Notes under the pieces: generated by a model
Told to the model about the DNA's origin: nothing
Databases searched by the model: none
What the model saw: the letters and a program-made list of their open reading frames with translations, nothing else
Program-made: the position numbers and the translations under genes
Origin: Basidiobolus meristosporus CBS 931.73
Taxonomy: Eukaryota; Fungi; Basidiobolomycota
NCBI GenBank assembly: GCA_002104905.1
Contig: MCFE01000023.1
Span: forward strand, 168,615 to 232,614
Length of the DNA stretch: 64,000 bases
Direction: 5' to 3'
Shown here: one piece after another, positions 60,510 through 64,000 of the stretch
How the letters are laid out: each line of letters begins with the position of its first letter
Position numbering within the stretch: position 1 is the first letter of the stretch

Positions 60510-61662
60510 TTAGGGGGGGAGACAGTCACCAACAGGTGAAATCTTTATTTCAGTTGAAACAAAGAAGCCAGCACTACTGTTGTAGCTTTGATACAAGAGT
60601 GTGTAGCTGAGGGGAATTTGTAGGTAAGTTAATAAGAAGTGATGATAGTTCTTCAGTGCTAAACACACTGTTCAGTGGGAAGGGGGGTAGCAAGAGAGGT
60701 AAGAATGACTTGTGAACAACATTAATGAGGGGAATGTGATAAGGATTGATATTCATCATAAAGGGAGTGTGCTGCTGCAGATATTGCTGCCAAAGGTCTG
60801 TCAAGTACTTTAGGTAGGCCAGCTTGGGCTTTTCTGACTGCAGAATAAATTCAGCAAACTTCTTGACTTCAGGATCTCCAAGTATAGTTCTCCAGCAGGA
60901 GTCAGGTGTAGTGTGGTGTGTTCTCTTCCAGGCCTTAATCAGTGGGTTGTTGCAGTTGTGAAGTCTGAGGTATAATCTGGTTCTAAGGTAGAGAAGTCTG
61001 ATCTTATAGGGCATAAACCCAAAAGCACCAAGAATAGCATGTCTGTAGGGGCATTCAGGCAAATGAGGCACCAAGGAGGTAATGCACCATACGGCAAACT
61101 TGTCAAGCTTAGTGCAGTCTCTAGAAGTAAGAGAGAGAAGCGGTAAGCCAAATTCCAGGACAGGGAAGACAAACTGCTTGAGTAGAAGGAGGCAGCTTGG
61201 AGCTGAAGTTGTAGGAGGAGTAACAGCCAGTAGCTTGTGGAGTGCCTGTCTTGCCAGGATAATTCTCTTCTTCAGGTGTGCTCCAGAGTCTAGTCCAGTA
61301 GGAAGGAAAGGAAAGCCAAGATATGTAGCAGAAACCTGAGCAGGTAGAGTGGAGTTCTCCAAGTTGATGGGAGAGCCCAAAGGTACTGTCTTTGCAATGG
61401 AAAGCTGGAGATTATTCTTCTGCAGATACTGGTGGATGGTCTGGGAGTCTTGTTGCACATTGGAGGAGGATATTCTGATGTCATCAGCAAAGAGAGTAAC
61501 CAGGCAGTCAGCTGAGAGTCTTGGGAAATCATTCAGGAAGATGGCAAACAGTATAGGACCAAGCACAGAGCCTTGAACCACTCCATTAGGAACTGAGAAC
61601 ACAGCTGATTGCTCACTTGGGTGCAGAATTCTTGCTTGTGGATCCAGAAACAGAGACCTGGG
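60510..61662 (-). mobile_element. Unit A2: 5'-truncated LINE-type (non-LTR) reverse transcriptase element
   Basis: ARI..S..F..GVVQGSVLGPILFAIFLND..LFADD..YLGFPF..KQFVFPVLEFG; ORF open from the junction to TAG at 60574; 3' UTR of about 60 nt is the shared tail. Confidence 0.92.
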
Positions 61663-62141
61663 TTAGGGGGGAGGAAAGTCACCAAGTGGTGAAATCTTTA
61701 TTTACTTATGACAAGTATCTAAAGAAGCCAAGTTAATCTGAAGTTATTCCTAGAAAGCTAGGTCTGAGAGATATCTTCCTGGTAAGCCAGGTCTGAGAGT
61801 TGAGAAGCTGAGTGGTACTATATTTCCTAGTTAGCTAGGTCTGAGAGAGGTTTCCTGGAAAGCCAGGCCTGAGAAGTGAGAATCAGAATATATCTGAGCT
61901 AAGTTATACTGGTTTGCGGTAGCTGAATTGTGGCCGGAATGGCCGGTAGACTGGGGGAACTGAGATGAATTTCTGGGCGATCACTGGCCAAATTTACTAG
62001 GCAAATCTGACCAAATAGCATTTCAAGGATTTCAGCCAATCAGAGCCTTTACTTTGCCCGATGGTTGATCAAGCCATCTCCCAATGAGCACACATCAATT
62101 TATTGATCAAATTTTGCTGGATCCAGGATTTGAACCCACAC
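61663..62141 (-). mobile_element. Unit B2: SINE-like unit truncated inside its tRNA-derived head (B box kept, A box lost)
   Basis: Near-identical to 63269-63745; ends at ..tgaacccaca where the next unit begins with ttagggg. Confidence 0.88.
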
Positions 62142-62270
62142 TTAGGGGAGGGAAAGTCACCAAGGTAGGTGAAATCTTTATTTGATTGCAGACAAGTCTA
62201 ACTACAAATAAAGAAGCCAGCTGGGAATAGAAGATTCCCAAAGTAAACACTAAGTTGAATATGAATAAAT

Positions 62271-62999
62271 CTAAGCTAAAGTTAAGGCAGTATCCCAGAG
62301 TACACTGGAGTTCAGGTTCATGGGGGAGTGAAGTAGATAAGCTTGAGAGATATAATAATCTTTGAGGAAGTGGGTAACAGCAGGTGAAGGGGAGTTTTTG
62401 ATAAGTGAAGTGAATCTTGAGAGCAGAGATTCCTCTAATGAGAAGGTCTTGTAAACTGGAGAATCAGGAAACTCTTTAAAGGCATGGTCAGTAGGTTCCC
62501 AGTAAAACTGGTCAGAGACATTCTGAGAGAATTGTTCAGCAATACTTTTGTCAAGTACTACCTCCAGAGTGTGATGATTGATAAATCTCATGTTAACAAT
62601 TTTGGATAAATTGTAACCTTGTTGTTTGAGATACATCCTATGCTCAGATATAGGAATGAACTCCACATTGGCAAAGTAGCAGACAGCCCAGTCAGTAGCA
62701 GGAGGCAAAGCAGAAGTAGCAGGAAACTTTCTTTTAGTCTTGGGAGGAGCAGCAGGATGTCTTGAGGAAGCAGGAACAGGCTTTTTGACAGCTTCAGAGT
62801 AGGAAGAGTGAGCAGGAGCAGATGATTCTTGGGGAGTCTTGTTGACAGGAACAGCTGGCAGAGAGACAATAGATTCTTGCAGATCAGAGAAGGCAGAAAA
62901 CAGCTTTTGAACTTGTTTCTTGAGTAAAGCATTTTCAGCTTCAACAAGTGCAAGCCTTTCCTCAAGGAAGGAAATCTGAAGGGAATGGAGTGAAGGCAT
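62271..62999 (-). CDS. ORF1/gag-like protein (N-terminal coiled coil, SYSEAVKK linker, C-terminal alpha/beta domain)
   Basis: LEERLALVEAENALLKKQVQKL heptads; SY.EA.K motif common in non-LTR ORF1 proteins; no CCHC knuckle seen. Confidence 0.65.
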   Translation of the reverse strand: MPSLHSLQISFLEERLALVEAENALLKKQVQKLFSAFSDLQESIVSLPAVPVNKTPQESSAPAHSSYSEAVKKPVPASSRHPAAPPKTKRKFPATSALPPATDWAVCYFANVEFIPISEHRMYLKQQGYNLSKIVNMRFINHHTLEVVLDKSIAEQFSQNVSDQFYWEPTDHAFKEFPDSPVYKTFSLEESLLSRFTSLIKNSPSPAVTHFLKDYYISQAYLLHSPMNLNSSVLWDTALTLA

Positions 63000-63039
63000 A
63001 AGAAATAAGAAGAAGAGGGTAGGATGGGGTGGGTGGGAG

Positions 63040-63268
63040 GGAAAATTAGCAGGGAGAAGAGAAGGAAGGAGCAAAAATTCCAGAAGTCAGAATTTATAGA
63101 TGGATGGACAAGGGTAGATGGATGGATTATTCCTGAGTTAGGAAAATTAGCAGGGAGAAGAGAAGGAAGGAGCAAAAATTCCAGAAGTCAGAATTTATAG
63201 ATGGATGGACAAGGGTAGATGGATGGATTATTCCTGAGTTAGGAAAATTAGCAGGGAGAAGAGAAGGG
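63040..63268 (-). repeat. 101-bp tandem monomers (2 full + 27-bp partial) at the 5' end of unit C
   Basis: ggaaaattagcagggagaagagaagg starts at 63040, 63141 and 63242; each full monomer has CTATAAAT on the minus strand. Confidence 0.92.
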
Positions 63269-63793
63269 TTAGGGGGAGGAAAGTCACCAAGTGGTGAAAT
63301 CTTTATTTACTTATGACAAGTATCTAAAGAAGCCAAGTTAATCTGAAGTTATTCCTAGAAAGCTAGGTCTGAGAGATATCTTCCTGGTAAGCCAGGTCTG
63401 AGAGTTGAGAAGCTGAGTGGTACTATATTTCCTAGTTAGCTAGGTCTGAGAGAGGTTTCCTGGAAAGCCAGGCCTGAGAAGTGAGAATCTGAATATATCT
63501 GAGCTAAGTTATACTGGTTTGCGGTAGCTGAATTGTGGCCGGAATGGCCAGTAGACTGGGGGAACTGAGATGAATTTCTGGGCGATCACTGGCCAAATTT
63601 ACTAGGCAAATCTGGCCAATTAGCATTTCAAGGATTTCAGCCAATCAGAGCCTTTACTTTGCCCGATGGTTGATCAAGCCATCTCCCAATGAGCACACAT
63701 CAATTTATTAATCAAATTTTGCTGGATCCAGGATTTGAACCCACAACCATGGGTATGGAAGGGTTAGGGATAACCACAAGGCTAAGGGTTCTT
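63269..63793 (-). mobile_element. Unit B3: apparently full-length tRNA-derived telomeric SINE, capped directly by the telomere
   Basis: A box TAGCCTTGTGG (63784-63774), B box GGTTCAAATCC (63741-63731), no TTTT on the sense strand, four hairpins, shared 3' tail. Confidence 0.78.
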
Positions 63794-64000
63794 GGTTAGG
63801 GTTAGGGTTAGGGTTAGGGTTAGGGTTAGGGTTAGGGTTAGGGTTAGGGTTAGGGTTAGGGTTAGGGTTAGGGTTAGGGTTAGGGTTAGGGTTAGGGTTA
63901 GGGTTAGGGTTAGGGTTAGGGTTAGGGTTAGGGTTAGGGTTAGGGTTAGGGTTAGGGTTAGGGTTAGGGTTAGGGTTAGGGTTAGGGTTAGGTTAGGGTT
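63794..64000 (+). repeat. Telomere (TTAGGG)n, about 34 repeats, one TTAGG variant near the end
   Basis: Uninterrupted ttaggg tract to the end of the window. Confidence 0.99.

Larger units (their letters stand above)
62142..63268 (-). mobile_element. Unit C: gag/ORF1-like-only module with its own copy of the shared 3' tail
   Basis: Intact 242-aa ORF 62271-62999 followed by the same AATAAAGATTTCACC..GGTGA..CCCCTAA end; no RT inside. Confidence 0.8.

Noticed and set aside
59693-61662. Calling the telomeric RT a Penelope-like (Coprina/Athena) element
   Set aside because: Organisation is similar, but the motifs GVVQGSVLGP and LFADD are non-LTR/LINE type, not the PLE G..MGS.LS / YVDD type.
58658-63305. 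CRISPR-like reading of the recurring hairpin repeat with variable spacers
   Set aside because: Eukaryotic locus; the spacers are 170-1150 bp, repeat each other and encode retroelement parts; no cas genes.
63310-63490. Hammerhead ribozyme in the SINE hairpins (CTGAGAG next to stems)
   Set aside because: The core needs CUGANGA plus GAAA with three stems; CTGAGAG does not fit and the motif is on the antisense strand.
63719-63791. Functional tRNA (Gly-TCC-like loop CTTCCAT) at the chromosome end
   Set aside because: Acceptor, D and anticodon stems do not pair; only the A/B boxes survive, so it is treated as a SINE head.

Overview
Right-hand end of a chromosome from an early-diverging fungus (Zoopagomycota/Mucoromycota-like: short GT-AG introns, TTAGGG telomere). 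Bases 1-47 kb are gene-dense and mostly housekeeping: AlaRS 3' end, TFB1, GH5 glycosylceramidase, L-type lectin, MCM1, PIG-P, RPL34, GET3, TRM10, YDJ1, CPA2, RPL26, PIN4, a WC-1 photoreceptor, DUG1 and ISU1. Accessory genes include a Cys/Met-rich Ctr copper transporter, a SET protein with a probable signal peptide, an EF-hand/ZZ protein with an adjacent decayed copy, an AA11 LPMO and small hydrophilins. Bases 48-58.6 kb hold two tRNAs, a deleted piggyBac with intact ends, and intronless DAO, GST and gelsolin genes. The most notable region is 58.66-63.79 kb, directly under the telomere. It is a head-to-tail, same-polarity array of mostly 5'-truncated retro-modules of three kinds: LINE-type RT, a separate gag/ORF1-like unit, and a tRNA-derived SINE. 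All three end in the same 3' cis-element (AATAAA + TCACC/GGTGA hairpin + C-tract + CCCTAA). I interpret this as a multipartite retroelement system that primes on the telomeric G-overhang and extends the chromosome end. All family assignments are from motif recognition; no database searches were run.
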